DNA from: a virus | Taxonomy: Duplodnaviria; Caudoviricetes | Length of the DNA: 64,000 nucleotides | Direction: 5' to 3' (one strand) | Virus record (IMG/VR): IMGVR_UViG_3300031994_000025 | Coordinates: 1 to 64,000 of that record | Shown here: positions 19,472 to 29,145 of the stretch, piece by piece | Layout of the letters: every line of letters begins with the position of its first letter | Position numbering within the stretch: position 1 is the first letter of the stretch | Notes under the pieces: model-generated | What the model was told of the DNA's origin: nothing | What the model saw: only the letters and a program-made list of their open reading frames with translations | Database searches by the model: none | Program-made: the position numbers and the translations under genes

Positions 19472-20135
19472 CTGGGTCTATGGTTTCCATGTTGCTATTG
19501 TCGATGTCCGTTCCCCGTCGTGCCATCATGGCATCTACGCGCTCGTCCACCATCGTGCGCTTCTCGTCGATGTATGCACCGTATTTTTTCAGGATAAGCC
19601 GCGCCTGCTCATCGTTCACGTCCTCCTTCGTGGGGTCAACCTCGCTGGCCACGGTTGTCACCACCGGCGGCAGGAACACCGTCTTGGCCATGTCTATCTG
19701 TTCATTCTCCGGCTTGTCCAGCCCAGCCACCTCATACAGCCGTTTCGAGCCTTTGTCGAGTGCCATCACGTTGTCGGTCTCCAGTCCGATGCGTATCAAC
19801 TTCTCGGCGGCGTGGCGCACCTTCAACTCGTCCTGGCGGCGCGAGCCCGACTGTATGTGGTCGATTACGAAGTCGAACAGCATCTTGTCCTTCTGTGCCG
19901 CCACGGTGACGGCTGCCGCGTCGCTGTAGCTTCCCGTCTGCTTCACCAGTTGGCGCAGCATCTGGTAGGCGTCGAGCATCGGGTCCTTAATCCAAACCCA
20001 GTACACATGTGCCACGCGGGCCAGCCGGTCCTTATGCTCTCGTCGCATATCGAGGTCCTTGATGGGCACTCCGCTCTGGAAGTGCAGCAGTGCCCCGGAC
20101 ATCAGCGATTGCGACATTCCTGTTTCTCTTGCCAT
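19464..20135 (-). CDS. probable terminase small subunit
   Basis: Overlaps the terL start; helical, 223 aa; call is positional. Confidence 0.5.
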   Translation of the reverse strand: MARETGMSQSLMSGALLHFQSGVPIKDLDMRREHKDRLARVAHVYWVWIKDPMLDAYQMLRQLVKQTGSYSDAAAVTVAAQKDKMLFDFVIDHIQSGSRRQDELKVRHAAEKLIRIGLETDNVMALDKGSKRLYEVAGLDKPENEQIDMAKTVFLPPVVTTVASEVDPTKEDVNDEQARLILKKYGAYIDEKRTMVDERVDAMMARRGTDIDNSNMETIDPDE

Positions 20136-20138
20136 AGC

Positions 20139-20876
20139 CTATATCATTCTATATTCCGTCTTGGCATCAAAACTCGGACAATCCTTGATCCACTCACTTG
20201 GCTCTATCGTGCCGTTGCCGTTCCTGTCGGGCGAGAAGTCGCGGTGTCCCTGTATCTTTGCATAAGGGTAGAATCTGCGCAGGGCCATGAGCAGACTGAG
20301 CAGTGCAGCCTTCTGTGCCTTGGTGCGCGTGTCCTTCGCCTTCAGTCTGTTGTAGGGTACGCCCGGACGGTTCTCCAGACCGCCGACATACGAGATACCT
20401 ATCGAGTTGGAGTTATAGCCGCTGACGTGCGCCCCCGCCACATCCACGTCGCGTCCCAGGTGTACCCGCCCGTCGAGCGTCACCACATAGTGATAGCCGA
20501 TATCGCTCCACCCCTGCGCCTTGTGGACGGCGCGTATCTGTTCCACGGTCATCACCTGCCTCTCGCGGGTTGCCGTACAATGCACGGCGATGTAGTCGAT
20601 ACGTCGGCGCGATTTCTTCAGTACGATGCCGTTAGGCCCCTCTATCGTCGATGCCTTTGCCGATGGTGTCACCGCCTGCGCCGTCGCCTGCAGCCCCATC
20701 TTCGCCAACGTCTTCACGCCCACGATGCCGTCGGCTGTCAGTCCGTGAGCCGCCTGCCAGCGGCGCACACATTCGGTCGTCACTGCGCCCCAGATACCGT
20801 CAGGGTAAGCCCCCACCACCTTCTGTATCTGTTTCACTATCGCTCCCTTCGAGCCTTGTCTGTAAGTCGTTGCCAT
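20139..20876 (-). CDS. endolysin: PG-binding domain plus N-acetylmuramoyl-L-alanine amidase
   Basis: DGIWG/ADGIVG..T PG_binding repeats; VHCTA, IGYHY, GAH, GHRD, KDCP (T7-type amidase). Confidence 0.93.
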   Translation of the reverse strand: MATTYRQGSKGAIVKQIQKVVGAYPDGIWGAVTTECVRRWQAAHGLTADGIVGVKTLAKMGLQATAQAVTPSAKASTIEGPNGIVLKKSRRRIDYIAVHCTATRERQVMTVEQIRAVHKAQGWSDIGYHYVVTLDGRVHLGRDVDVAGAHVSGYNSNSIGISYVGGLENRPGVPYNRLKAKDTRTKAQKAALLSLLMALRRFYPYAKIQGHRDFSPDRNGNGTIEPSEWIKDCPSFDAKTEYRMI

Positions 20877-21029
20877 AGTCTCGTTTTCGTTTTTGTGTTT
20901 ATGTTGTTCTACCTATTATATATAATGAGCATCCAAAAGACAAGGGCAGGAGGCTACAGAGAATGAAAGAAAAAGATACCGACGAAAAATTTTTCTGCCA
21001 AAATGCTTGCACGGTTCAGAAATTATGCT

Positions 21030-21235
21030 TATCTTTGCAACGTCAAAAATCATTCAGGCGGCACGAAGTGAGCCGCCGACGAAGCGGCATTTTTTGTGCC
21101 CGTACCGCTGAGGTACATCTTAGAAAAGAAAATTCGACCACGCCGGGTGGGGTATCGGACAACGACCCCAAAGGTCTTCGCCTGAATGAACCTTGACAGC
21201 CCGTAGCGTGGTTTTTAATTGTCAAAAAATTCAGG
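21030..21235 (+). ncRNA. c4-like antisense cassette
   Basis: TATCTTTG 21030-21037; target 21042-21060; terminator 21072-21095; antisense 21179-21197 inside stem 21137-21212; second target 21220-21235. Confidence 0.7.
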
Positions 21236-21239
21236 TATT

Positions 21240-21707
21240 ATGAAACGAATCAAAACCCCGCAGTCGCAGGGACGCGACTACAAGCAGATGCTGAAGGACT
21301 ACTTCGGCAAGTTCCTCTATGGCCTTCAGGTGGAGCAAGACGGAGGCCGCGTGCTGGTGCAAATCGTCTATTACGACTTCAAGCACATCAGCACCGTGCG
21401 CCGCGAACTGGCACAGATGATGCCGGAGGTGGAATTTACAAAACTGAAGCGCGACTTCACTGAGGATGCCGAATTATGGGCCCTGCGCCAACTCTATAAC
21501 GGAGAGCGCGAAGACAGCAAGAACACTCCGATCATCTACGTGCAGCGGGGCGACGCCCTTGTCAAGTCGTCGCTGCGCAACATCGCCCGCTCAGAACTGA
21601 GCCAACTCGAAATCGAAGACGACGAAATCACTTACCCAGACAACAGCCTGTTGCACTGCTTCCGCAAGTTCAGCGACAATCAGTTGGAGGAAAACTCATG
21701 GGATTAA
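21240..21707 (+). CDS. hypothetical protein X (copy 1)
   Basis: Protein identical to 38707..39174. Confidence 0.85.
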   Translation: MKRIKTPQSQGRDYKQMLKDYFGKFLYGLQVEQDGGRVLVQIVYYDFKHISTVRRELAQMMPEVEFTKLKRDFTEDAELWALRQLYNGEREDSKNTPIIYVQRGDALVKSSLRNIARSELSQLEIEDDEITYPDNSLLHCFRKFSDNQLEENSWD

Positions 21708-21724
21708 TAAAGGAGGACTGACGT

Positions 21725-22165
21725 ATGAAACTAATCAAGATATATAAGTGGAAAATCTTCGGCTGGTGCGTGTTGGTCAGCCGGAAGAACATCCGGTACT
21801 TCCCCTCCTCGCGCCACGACTCCGTGACGGCTCGCACCATGCACAACCTGCGCAATCAGCGATACAACAAGCATAAGGGCTGCTGCGAGTTGTGCGGCGA
21901 GCAATACCCCAAGGAGTCGATGCAGATGCACCACGTGCTACCCTACGCCATCTTCCCACGACTCATCCGCAAGAAGTGGAACCTCATGATGCTCTGCCCC
22001 CGCTGCCATTTCCTCGTCCACCACGACATACCCATGCAGATGAATTTGATGCAGCGCATGGCCTACCGGCACGGTGTCAATTTGGAACAAGGTTATCACC
22101 GCTCCTCCGTCGGATTCTGGAACAAGAAGCAGGAGATCAGAGAAGCAATGAAGAAAGAACAATAA
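21725..22165 (+). CDS. HNH endonuclease
   Basis: CELC...MHHVLP...NLMMLCPRCH...H. Confidence 0.88.
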   Translation: MKLIKIYKWKIFGWCVLVSRKNIRYFPSSRHDSVTARTMHNLRNQRYNKHKGCCELCGEQYPKESMQMHHVLPYAIFPRLIRKKWNLMMLCPRCHFLVHHDIPMQMNLMQRMAYRHGVNLEQGYHRSSVGFWNKKQEIREAMKKEQ

Positions 22166-22179
22166 ACAACGAAACGCTT

Positions 22180-23583
22180 ATGCTACGCGCTTACAAATAC
22201 CGCATCTATCCCACCGACGAGCAAAAAGTGATGCTCGCCAAGACCTTCGGCTGCTGCCGGTATGTGTATAACTGGGCACTGGAGATGAGGGAGACGCTGT
22301 ATTGGAAACACCATACCAGCGTGTCGGAGTACGACATGAACGCGCTGGTGCGTAGTGAACTGCGAGAACATGCACCGTGGCTGACGGAGGTGAGTTCAAA
22401 GGCTATCGAGTTCACCATGGCCGACCTCTACGACGGCTATGACAACTACTTTGAAGGCAGGGCAGAGAAGCCTGTCAAGCGACGCAAGCATGACCGCCAG
22501 CACTACCACACGCGGGGCAGCATCAAGGTGAACTTCAAGCGCGGACTGCTCACCATCCCTGGAATCAAAGACATCCCGTGCTTGTTCCACCGCCGCTTCA
22601 ATACCAAGGAATGCAAAATCAAGCAGGTGGGCATAGAGCTGTTGAAGTCGGGTGTCTATCATGCCAGCATCCTTGTGGACGATGGAAAGCCCGTGCCCAC
22701 GAAAGCACTCATCGACCCCGACAAGACCATCGGCATAGACACAGGGCTGAAGCACTACGTGGTGACGAGCGACGGCCTGACCGACGAGCCAATGCACTAC
22801 GGCAAGGAGCAGAAGCGCAAGATGAAACTCCTGCAGCGAAGACTGAGCAAGAAGGAGATTGGCAGCCGCCAGTTCCGGGTGCTGAAGCGGCGCATAGCCC
22901 GGCTGCATCAGCACATTGCCAACAAGCGCCGTGACCATATACACAAGCTGACACACTATCTCGCCTACGAGAACCAAGCGACGACGATCTGTGTGGAGGA
23001 CTTGAACGTGAAGGGAATGGTGAAGAACAAACACCTGGCCTACGACCTGCAGGATGCCAGCATCGGCGAGTTCTACCGTCAGCTGGAGTACAAATGCAAG
23101 TGGGCAGGGAAGAACTACATCAAGATTGACCGCTTTGCACCGTCGTCAAAGACGTGCAGCCACTGCGGTTATGTCTATCGGCAGCTGACATTGAAGGACA
23201 GGGAGTGGACGTGCCCCGTGTGCGGCACCCACCACGACCGCGACTTCAATGCAGCCGTGAACATCAAACACTTTGGTCTGAGTGAAAATAAGACTGTCCC
23301 ATTGGTACGATGGGCCAAGCCTGTGGAGCAATCCCTGATGGACGACCGTTCTCCCGCTTCGGCGGCAGGACCTAAGAAGTCATGTTGTTGTGGTTCCACC
23401 CGACGGGTTCGGGAGGATAATCAGCAGCCACCATTGCGAAACCGCAAGACGAGTTCAAGCGGTCGAAACAGGAAAAGTGAAGGGCAAAGGTGCTCAAACG
23501 GAGCGCCCGACACCCCGATGCCTCAGTTTTTAAAGTCGAAACCAACTACAAGCCGCACAACCTCAGAGGCTTCCGGCTTATAG
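22180..23583 (+). CDS. tnpB: TnpB-family RNA-guided endonuclease (Cas12-like), 467 aa
   Basis: AYKYRIYP HTH start; RuvC GIDTG, VEDL and DRDFNAA all intact; CSHC/CPVC zinc finger; long tail overlapping the omegaRNA region. Confidence 0.93.
   Translation: MLRAYKYRIYPTDEQKVMLAKTFGCCRYVYNWALEMRETLYWKHHTSVSEYDMNALVRSELREHAPWLTEVSSKAIEFTMADLYDGYDNYFEGRAEKPVKRRKHDRQHYHTRGSIKVNFKRGLLTIPGIKDIPCLFHRRFNTKECKIKQVGIELLKSGVYHASILVDDGKPVPTKALIDPDKTIGIDTGLKHYVVTSDGLTDEPMHYGKEQKRKMKLLQRRLSKKEIGSRQFRVLKRRIARLHQHIANKRRDHIHKLTHYLAYENQATTICVEDLNVKGMVKNKHLAYDLQDASIGEFYRQLEYKCKWAGKNYIKIDRFAPSSKTCSHCGYVYRQLTLKDREWTCPVCGTHHDRDFNAAVNIKHFGLSENKTVPLVRWAKPVEQSLMDDRSPASAAGPKKSCCCGSTRRVREDNQQPPLRNRKTSSSGRNRKSEGQRCSNGAPDTPMPQFLKSKPTTSRTTSEASGL
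23290..23583 (+). ncRNA. putative omegaRNA/tracrRNA scaffold containing an anti-repeat (23519-23546)
   Basis: Lies in the 3' end of tnpB; anti-repeat pairs 22/28 (18 Watson-Crick, 4 GU) with the repeat; hairpin CTACAAGCCG/CGGCTTATAG; 5' boundary approximate. Confidence 0.6.
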
Positions 23584-23675
23584 GTTGGAAGTGGCTCTAA
23601 AAATGAAGGTAGTAACAACCTGTTTGAAAATTACCCCCCGTTGGAAGTGGCTCTAAAAATGAAGGTAGTAACAAC
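23584..23675 (+). CRISPR. CRISPR mini-array: two identical 36-bp repeats and one 20-bp spacer
   Basis: GTTGGAAGTGGCTCTAAAAATGAAGGTAGTAACAAC at 23584-23619 and 23640-23675; spacer CTGTTTGAAAATTACCCCCC. Confidence 0.85.
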
Positions 23676-24112
23676 TAGTAGTCCTTGTCCGCCCGCTCAT
23701 GCTCGCAGTGGTTCGATGCCCCGATAGTCTTGAAAGTGGAAGCCGAGCCTCCTTTCCAGTCGCGTGCCATAGTCTATTCATTCATAGCGTTAGCCTTCTC
23801 GCGATAATAATTACGCTCCTCAGTGATAGCATTCACGAGGTCGATCATTGCACGCAGTGCTTCTTGATAAGCCTTCTCCGTATTCCTGCGGAGTCTTTCT
23901 TCGTCTGTCATATTGCTTCGCCTTTTGCAGCGCGATTGTATCGCGCCATCGTCGTAAGTATTCGCAGCGGCCCATGCCGAGGATAACATAAGGCGGCAGG
24001 AGCCGCTGCGGTAATCACACAAAGTATAAGTTTCTCGTCACGGTTTTAGAGACCGTCGAGCCTTTGTGGGGATGGGATACAGGCCCGATAAGACCTGCGA
24101 AGCCCATCCCCG

Positions 24113-24763
24113 TTACTTTCGCGAGAAGGCAGGATTGTAATCTCTGATCTCGCCCGTCACCGCGTCTATAAACAGCACGTCGTCCACATCGCCGAAAGTC
24201 CACTGAGGGTTACAATCCTTCGGGCCGACAGGAAGGCGCAGAATGATAAAGTTGCAGTCCTTGGGGAGAATACCGTTATACTCTTTAAGTCTCATCAGCG
24301 CCTGCTCGGCAGAGAGCTTAATCGGCTGTTCGCTCATGTCGGCATCCTCAATCCACACATCGTTAATAGGGTATGGAATCTGCACACCGTACTTCACGTG
24401 CGAGTTGATGTACTGCACCATCGGCCCCTTCACGCTGTCCCAATAGAAAAACACATCGTTCACAGCCACCACATGCAGGTCGTCAATATTCTCAGCGGTC
24501 ACCGTGTCATTCAGAATCACGCGGCTGTTGCGCCACTGATACTCCTTGCCGCCAGTCAGCGAAGCCATCGTCTGCCTGTGCAGCGCCTGGATATGGCCGA
24601 CACCCGCCGTGAAGTCCTGCACGACGCCATCATAATCATGATACACCACCACGGGGTCATCAATCATAGCCGTCTCTCTCTTGCAGCCGTTACAGCTGCA
24701 CACGAGGGCCATCACTGCCAACAGCAGCACCCCCATCAACTTTCCGAAAAAATCCTTTTTCAT
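24113..24763 (-). CDS. lipoprotein
   Basis: Signal peptide with LVCSC lipobox; PepSY-like FIDAVTGEI end. Confidence 0.7.
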   Translation of the reverse strand: MKKDFFGKLMGVLLLAVMALVCSCNGCKRETAMIDDPVVVYHDYDGVVQDFTAGVGHIQALHRQTMASLTGGKEYQWRNSRVILNDTVTAENIDDLHVVAVNDVFFYWDSVKGPMVQYINSHVKYGVQIPYPINDVWIEDADMSEQPIKLSAEQALMRLKEYNGILPKDCNFIILRLPVGPKDCNPQWTFGDVDDVLFIDAVTGEIRDYNPAFSRK

Positions 24764-24869
24764 CGTCGTTAAAATTTTTGTTTGTTAATACTATGGGCTT
24801 CAAGCCCGGGTTATATCTTCCGTTTTGTTGGTGAATAAATTCGTATAATTCGTTTAATTCGTAGTCCCT

Positions 24870-25211
24870 TTATTCTTCACTCTTCACTTCTTCAGGAACC
24901 TCCCACCCCGTGTCCGGCACGAAGTCCTCCCGCTCTTTCAGATACATCACCCGCTGCCCGCCAAGCCAGTGCCATCGGAACCCATGCGCTATCAGTTCCT
25001 GTTCCGCCGCCGGCCACGGGTCGCCCCAGTCGATAGAGGCCCTGAGTCCCATCGCGTCGCGCAACTGGCTCACACTCATCACCTCCACGTCGAGTCCGAA
25101 CTCCGGCATCGAGATCCACCTTTTGGCAAACTCCTCCACCGCCATCCGTACATTCTCCTTCAGTGCGTCGATGTCCGTCACCTTCAGCGGTGCCTTCTCT
25201 TCGTCAGGCAT
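24870..25211 (-). CDS. hypothetical protein
   Basis: ORF in operon. Confidence 0.7.
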   Translation of the reverse strand: MPDEEKAPLKVTDIDALKENVRMAVEEFAKRWISMPEFGLDVEVMSVSQLRDAMGLRASIDWGDPWPAAEQELIAHGFRWHWLGGQRVMYLKEREDFVPDTGWEVPEEVKSEE

Positions 25212-25214
25212 AGT

Positions 25215-25802
25215 CTATCCGTTTTGGTTCGTATCGTCATCATCTGTCGGTCTGACATCCTCCGGCTTCGGCCCGTTCGGTGTCGGCACGAAGTCGTCGG
25301 ACATATACTCGTCCTCGTTGACACAGAGGTTCATCGGTTCCATGCGCTCGAACTGCAGTACCACGCCGAACCAGCCGTTCTCCAGTGGGCCGACCGAGTC
25401 AATCATCAGCCGCGACTGTTCCAGGTCTATCATCGCGAAGTCGCCCGTGATGTTCTCCGCCATCTCCTCCTGGTGCTTGTGCCAGAGCCAGGTGCAGAAC
25501 TTCTTTGCATGATACAGCGCTTCCTCGTAGGCTACCGATGCGTCGTCGCCGTCCGCCATCTTGTCCGCCTTCACGATGAAGTAAATCGGGTAGTTGCGAT
25601 AAGGCTTGGTGAACTCGCCCTCTATCTCCACCGCACTCTCCATCATGACGAACGGGTTGAACTTGTTCGAGATGCTTTTCGCCATATCCACCACCCCCGT
25701 CCGCGAGTCCGTCAGGTAGAACCGCCGGTTGCCGTTGTACGGATTGTCAAGCATTGGCTTGTATATCTGGCACCACCGCCTTACAATTCCTTGGAATGTC
25801 AT
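25215..25802 (-). CDS. hypothetical phage protein (possibly tail completion/terminator-like)
   Basis: 195-aa ORF; the structural guess is weak. Confidence 0.6.
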   Translation of the reverse strand: MTFQGIVRRWCQIYKPMLDNPYNGNRRFYLTDSRTGVVDMAKSISNKFNPFVMMESAVEIEGEFTKPYRNYPIYFIVKADKMADGDDASVAYEEALYHAKKFCTWLWHKHQEEMAENITGDFAMIDLEQSRLMIDSVGPLENGWFGVVLQFERMEPMNLCVNEDEYMSDDFVPTPNGPKPEDVRPTDDDDTNQNG

Positions 25803-25828
25803 AGTCTGTTCCTGTATTTATGTTTGTG

Positions 25829-25899
25829 TAGGAGATAGAGGACTCGAACCCCTGCCCTGAGAGCCAGAATCTCATGTGCTGCCATTACACCAATCTCCT
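25829..25899 (-). tRNA. tRNA-Gln(CTG)
   Basis: Acceptor AGGAGAT/ATCTCCT, D-arm GTGT/GCAC, anticodon arm TGAGA-TTCTGGC-TCTCA, T-loop TTCGAGT. Confidence 0.9.
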
Positions 25900-25905
25900 G
25901 TCTTG

Positions 25906-27144
25906 TTATTCCTTCTTCACACCGTCCGCGTCCTTCCCGTGTTCGGCGGTATTTTCGCCGATGTCAATCCCGAAGTGCTTCGCCGCCTCCAGGATCTTCT
26001 CGTCCTCCAAAGCCTTCTCACGCGGCTCCAGCGTCAGGTACTCCTGCCAGTTCACGCGCCACTGCTCGATGCGCTTCTCCCTGTCCTTCCCCTCCTTACC
26101 GCGTCGCAGGTCGATGAGCCACTTCCGCAGGTCGCGGCGGCGCTTCTTCTGCTCGCTTGTCAGCTCCACCGGCTCCTGTTCTCCGCCTTCACCGTCAGCC
26201 GATGCGCCGTCCTCGTTCTGCGCCACGTTGCATTGCGGCGTGGAAACAAGATGCGCCATCCCCAGGTCATCAATCACCACGCGCCCGCTCTCCGCCACCT
26301 TCTCCCACTCGCGGTCCAGTTCGTCTCGTATCGCCCGTATCTTCTTGTCAATCTTCGTCGCCTGTTTCGCCCACTGCTCGCGGCTCTTCGCACTTGCATG
26401 GTCATCGTCCATCAGCAGCTGCATGTTATCTCGTGCCTCGCCCAGCTGCCGCATCAACTCACCATACTCAGCCGCCCGCTCCTGCGTCGCCTTCGGCAAC
26501 AGATGAACGTACTGGTCGATATGCTTCGGACGTGCCGGCACCATCCCGCTTGATGGCTGATGGCTGATGGCTGAAAGGTTACGGATAGGCGCGACAGCGG
26601 GAATTGGTTGATATTCCTTCTTTGTCTGTTTCGCGGTGATGCCCTCGCCGCCCTGCCTCTTACTGCCAGGACTGGCTGTCGCTCCAACGGAAGAAGGGAG
26701 TGCCTGACCCGTAGCCTTTCCCCTCTGTCCCGTTGCAGCGTTATTCGTCATGGGCATCGGAGCCCCCGTCGCAGGATTCACCAGCAAGTTCAGTCCGTTG
26801 ACCTGCCCCTTTGCGCTTTCCATCAAGACGCCCACCACCTGCCGCACCGCCCTGTACGCCGACTTCATATATATCTGCGACGGCAGCCACGTCTCGGCCA
26901 CCGCCACCATTGCCGACAGCAGACTGATGCCCCGATCCATCGCCGCCACGTCCTCCTTCGCCCACCTGGTAGAGATAGTAATGAGGTTCTGACTCTTCGC
27001 CATCGGTCTGTCCGTGATAGCCAGCAGCCGCGTCCCGTCGGAGGCCAGCCACTCCCCCACCCTGCCGACGAACGCCTCGCGTTCCTCCGCCGTCATATCG
27101 TTGTACCCCTTCAGGTAATCGCGCACAAGTATCTTCCTGATCAT
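25906..27144 (-). CDS. hypothetical coiled-coil phage protein with in-frame repeat insertions
   Basis: 412-aa ORF; REP-like and heptamer repeats at 26551-26610. Confidence 0.8.
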   Translation of the reverse strand: MIRKILVRDYLKGYNDMTAEEREAFVGRVGEWLASDGTRLLAITDRPMAKSQNLITISTRWAKEDVAAMDRGISLLSAMVAVAETWLPSQIYMKSAYRAVRQVVGVLMESAKGQVNGLNLLVNPATGAPMPMTNNAATGQRGKATGQALPSSVGATASPGSKRQGGEGITAKQTKKEYQPIPAVAPIRNLSAISHQPSSGMVPARPKHIDQYVHLLPKATQERAAEYGELMRQLGEARDNMQLLMDDDHASAKSREQWAKQATKIDKKIRAIRDELDREWEKVAESGRVVIDDLGMAHLVSTPQCNVAQNEDGASADGEGGEQEPVELTSEQKKRRRDLRKWLIDLRRGKEGKDREKRIEQWRVNWQEYLTLEPREKALEDEKILEAAKHFGIDIGENTAEHGKDADGVKKE

Positions 27145-27160
27145 ATCGCCTTCGTTTTAA

Positions 27161-27430
27161 ACTTCGTTTGAATTTGCTCACGCTCAGCCGTCGATGCAAG
27201 CATCACGGCCTTCGCTTAATCGCAAATTTGTCTTTTCGCACAAGATAGTATAGACACAATCCAAATGCAAGGGCAGGGTTAAGCGAGAGGAAAGCCATGC
27301 TCGCATGAGCTTTCCCGAGCGTGACTGCTCTCGGTAAAGCCAAGGGCAGTGCAAGGCGAGAGCAGAATCCACGAGCTTGCTCGATGGTTATGCCGAGCCG
27401 ATGCCTGCACTCGGTAAAGCCAAGGGCAGG
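27161..27430. repeat. cluster of Prevotella-type palindromic repeats
   Basis: 27161-27230 is an inverted relative of 46066-46133; CAAGGGCAG occurs three times. Confidence 0.8.
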
Positions 27431-27611
27431 TAAAGATGGCTAATGTATGATGGATGATGCCTGATGTACGACATTGCTGCTGTACTTGTATCTGTTAATA
27501 ATGTATAATTGTTTATCTGAACATTTGTATATTTGAACAATTATACATATCTTTGCATCGCTACAACGGAAATTATTCCTATTATATTCATATTTTAAAA
27601 GCTACACAACT

Positions 27612-28451
27612 ATGGCAAAGAAAATCAAGACACACCAGCTGCGCCACGTCGTATGTGTGTCAAACAACAAAGGTGGAGCCGGCAAAACCTCCACGGTACT
27701 CAATCTCGCTGCAGCCATCACACTCCGCACGGAGGGTTACCGCGTACTTGTCATCGACTGCGATCCGCAGCGCAACCTCTCCTACTTCCTCGGATGGGAC
27801 GACCGCCGCGAACTGGAAGGCTCCCCCACCCTCTACACCGCCTTATGCCAGGAACAACAGGGACTACCCGTTTATCGCGCAGACAACAGAGTGTTCTACA
27901 CCCCCGCCTCCGTCAATCTCAATGGCATCGACGCCATCCTTTCCCTCCGCCCCAACCCCAGTAAGGCTCTGAAGGAAATCCTGCAGCGCCCCATCGACGA
28001 CCGCACCGATGGTTCTGTGCTCAGCAATAGCATTGCTGAGAGTTTCGACTTCATCTTCATCGACACCCAGCCCGCCATGAGCCGCATGACCTACAATGCC
28101 CTCTACGCCTCCGACGGCTTCATCATCCCCACCGAGCTGGAGGAAGCCAGCGTCAAGGGTATGGCTAACATCGCCGTTGCCGCAGGAAAGGTAGGTGCCG
28201 ACACGGGTCACCTCGACTGTCACGGCATCCTTATCACCAAGGTCGATGCAAAACTGCGCTCAGCCAAGATGTACGAGCCGCAGATACGCCAGTCGTTCAG
28301 CGAGACTTTCCAGACTGCCATCCGCCGCTCTAAGGACATCATCGAGAGCCAGGCCCTGCGCGAGGACGTTTTCACATCCTATGCCGGAGGACGTGCCGCC
28401 GAGGATTACATCGCCCTTGCCACGGAGTATCTGGAGAAGTTCGGTAAATAA
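27612..28451 (+). CDS. parA: ParA partition ATPase
   Basis: KGGAGKT deviant Walker A, IDCDPQRN, FIDTQP. Confidence 0.95.
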   Translation: MAKKIKTHQLRHVVCVSNNKGGAGKTSTVLNLAAAITLRTEGYRVLVIDCDPQRNLSYFLGWDDRRELEGSPTLYTALCQEQQGLPVYRADNRVFYTPASVNLNGIDAILSLRPNPSKALKEILQRPIDDRTDGSVLSNSIAESFDFIFIDTQPAMSRMTYNALYASDGFIIPTELEEASVKGMANIAVAAGKVGADTGHLDCHGILITKVDAKLRSAKMYEPQIRQSFSETFQTAIRRSKDIIESQALREDVFTSYAGGRAAEDYIALATEYLEKFGK

Positions 28452-28640
28452 ACATCTGTTCAAACGTACATATATACAAACGTACAAACGAATAAAAGTA
28501 TAATTAAACATTAAAACAATTACACTAATAAACAAACGAACATTCAAACAATTAAACAAATGTATATAAATACAAATAAATACATGAACAAATATACATA
28601 TATTCAAGTAAACATATAAACAAATAAACATTTATACATT
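28447..28640. repeat. AT-rich AAACA-core short-repeat array, putative centromere (parS)
   Basis: Many degenerate ~8-bp units such as TAAACATA and TAAACAAA; similar units at 27500-27550 and 29113-29140. Confidence 0.6.
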
Positions 28641-29117
28641 ATGGCAAAGAAAGACAAGTTCGCACAGATGAAGCAGGGTGGGGGAGGCTCCACGTTTCAG
28701 GATATGGTAGCCCAGGCCAAGACGGTGGCTGCCATCGAGCAACAGGCCAGCATGGCAACAATACCAACATCAGAGCCCGCGTCGTCCCAACAGGCGCAGG
28801 AAAAACAGTCGTCAACAGCAGTGCAGCCTGCCGCCTCGGCGCAACCCGCGTCGCCCCAGCAGCCCGCCACGGTCAGTGAGCGACTGACGCATCTGCCAAA
28901 CCCCTGGATCTCCATGCGCGAGTACAACCTCGCCAGCAACTACTGCAACACCTTCGACAATATGACCCGAATGGACTGGATGGAGCTCGCCATCATCGAG
29001 AAGCTGCACCGCGACGGCCTCCTGCCCGAAGAGGAGTTTCAGACCCGCCGTGCAGAAATCACTACCCGACCGCCACGCGGACTGCGCAAAAATACAAAAG
29101 TTCAAAAGAACAAATAA
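28641..29117 (+). CDS. putative centromere-binding (type Ib ParB-like) protein
   Basis: Follows parA and the repeat array; disordered N-terminus, compact C-terminus. Confidence 0.5.
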   Translation: MAKKDKFAQMKQGGGGSTFQDMVAQAKTVAAIEQQASMATIPTSEPASSQQAQEKQSSTAVQPAASAQPASPQQPATVSERLTHLPNPWISMREYNLASNYCNTFDNMTRMDWMELAIIEKLHRDGLLPEEEFQTRRAEITTRPPRGLRKNTKVQKNK

Positions 29118-29145
29118 ACAAATGAACATATAAACATTAAATCCT

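Noticed and set aside
15597-20966. Long plus-strand ORFs opposite portal, terminase and endolysin, and similar antisense ORFs elsewhere
   Set aside because: Shadow frames caused by high GC3; they contain no recognisable motifs.
21892-22179. 96-aa N-terminal extension of TnpB in the ORF track
   Set aside because: It overlaps the HNH gene; the TnpB HTH motif and a typical leader place the start at 22180.
22180-23583. Active IS200/IS605 transposon
   Set aside because: No tnpA, no room for a left-end hairpin, and the right end is replaced by the repeat.
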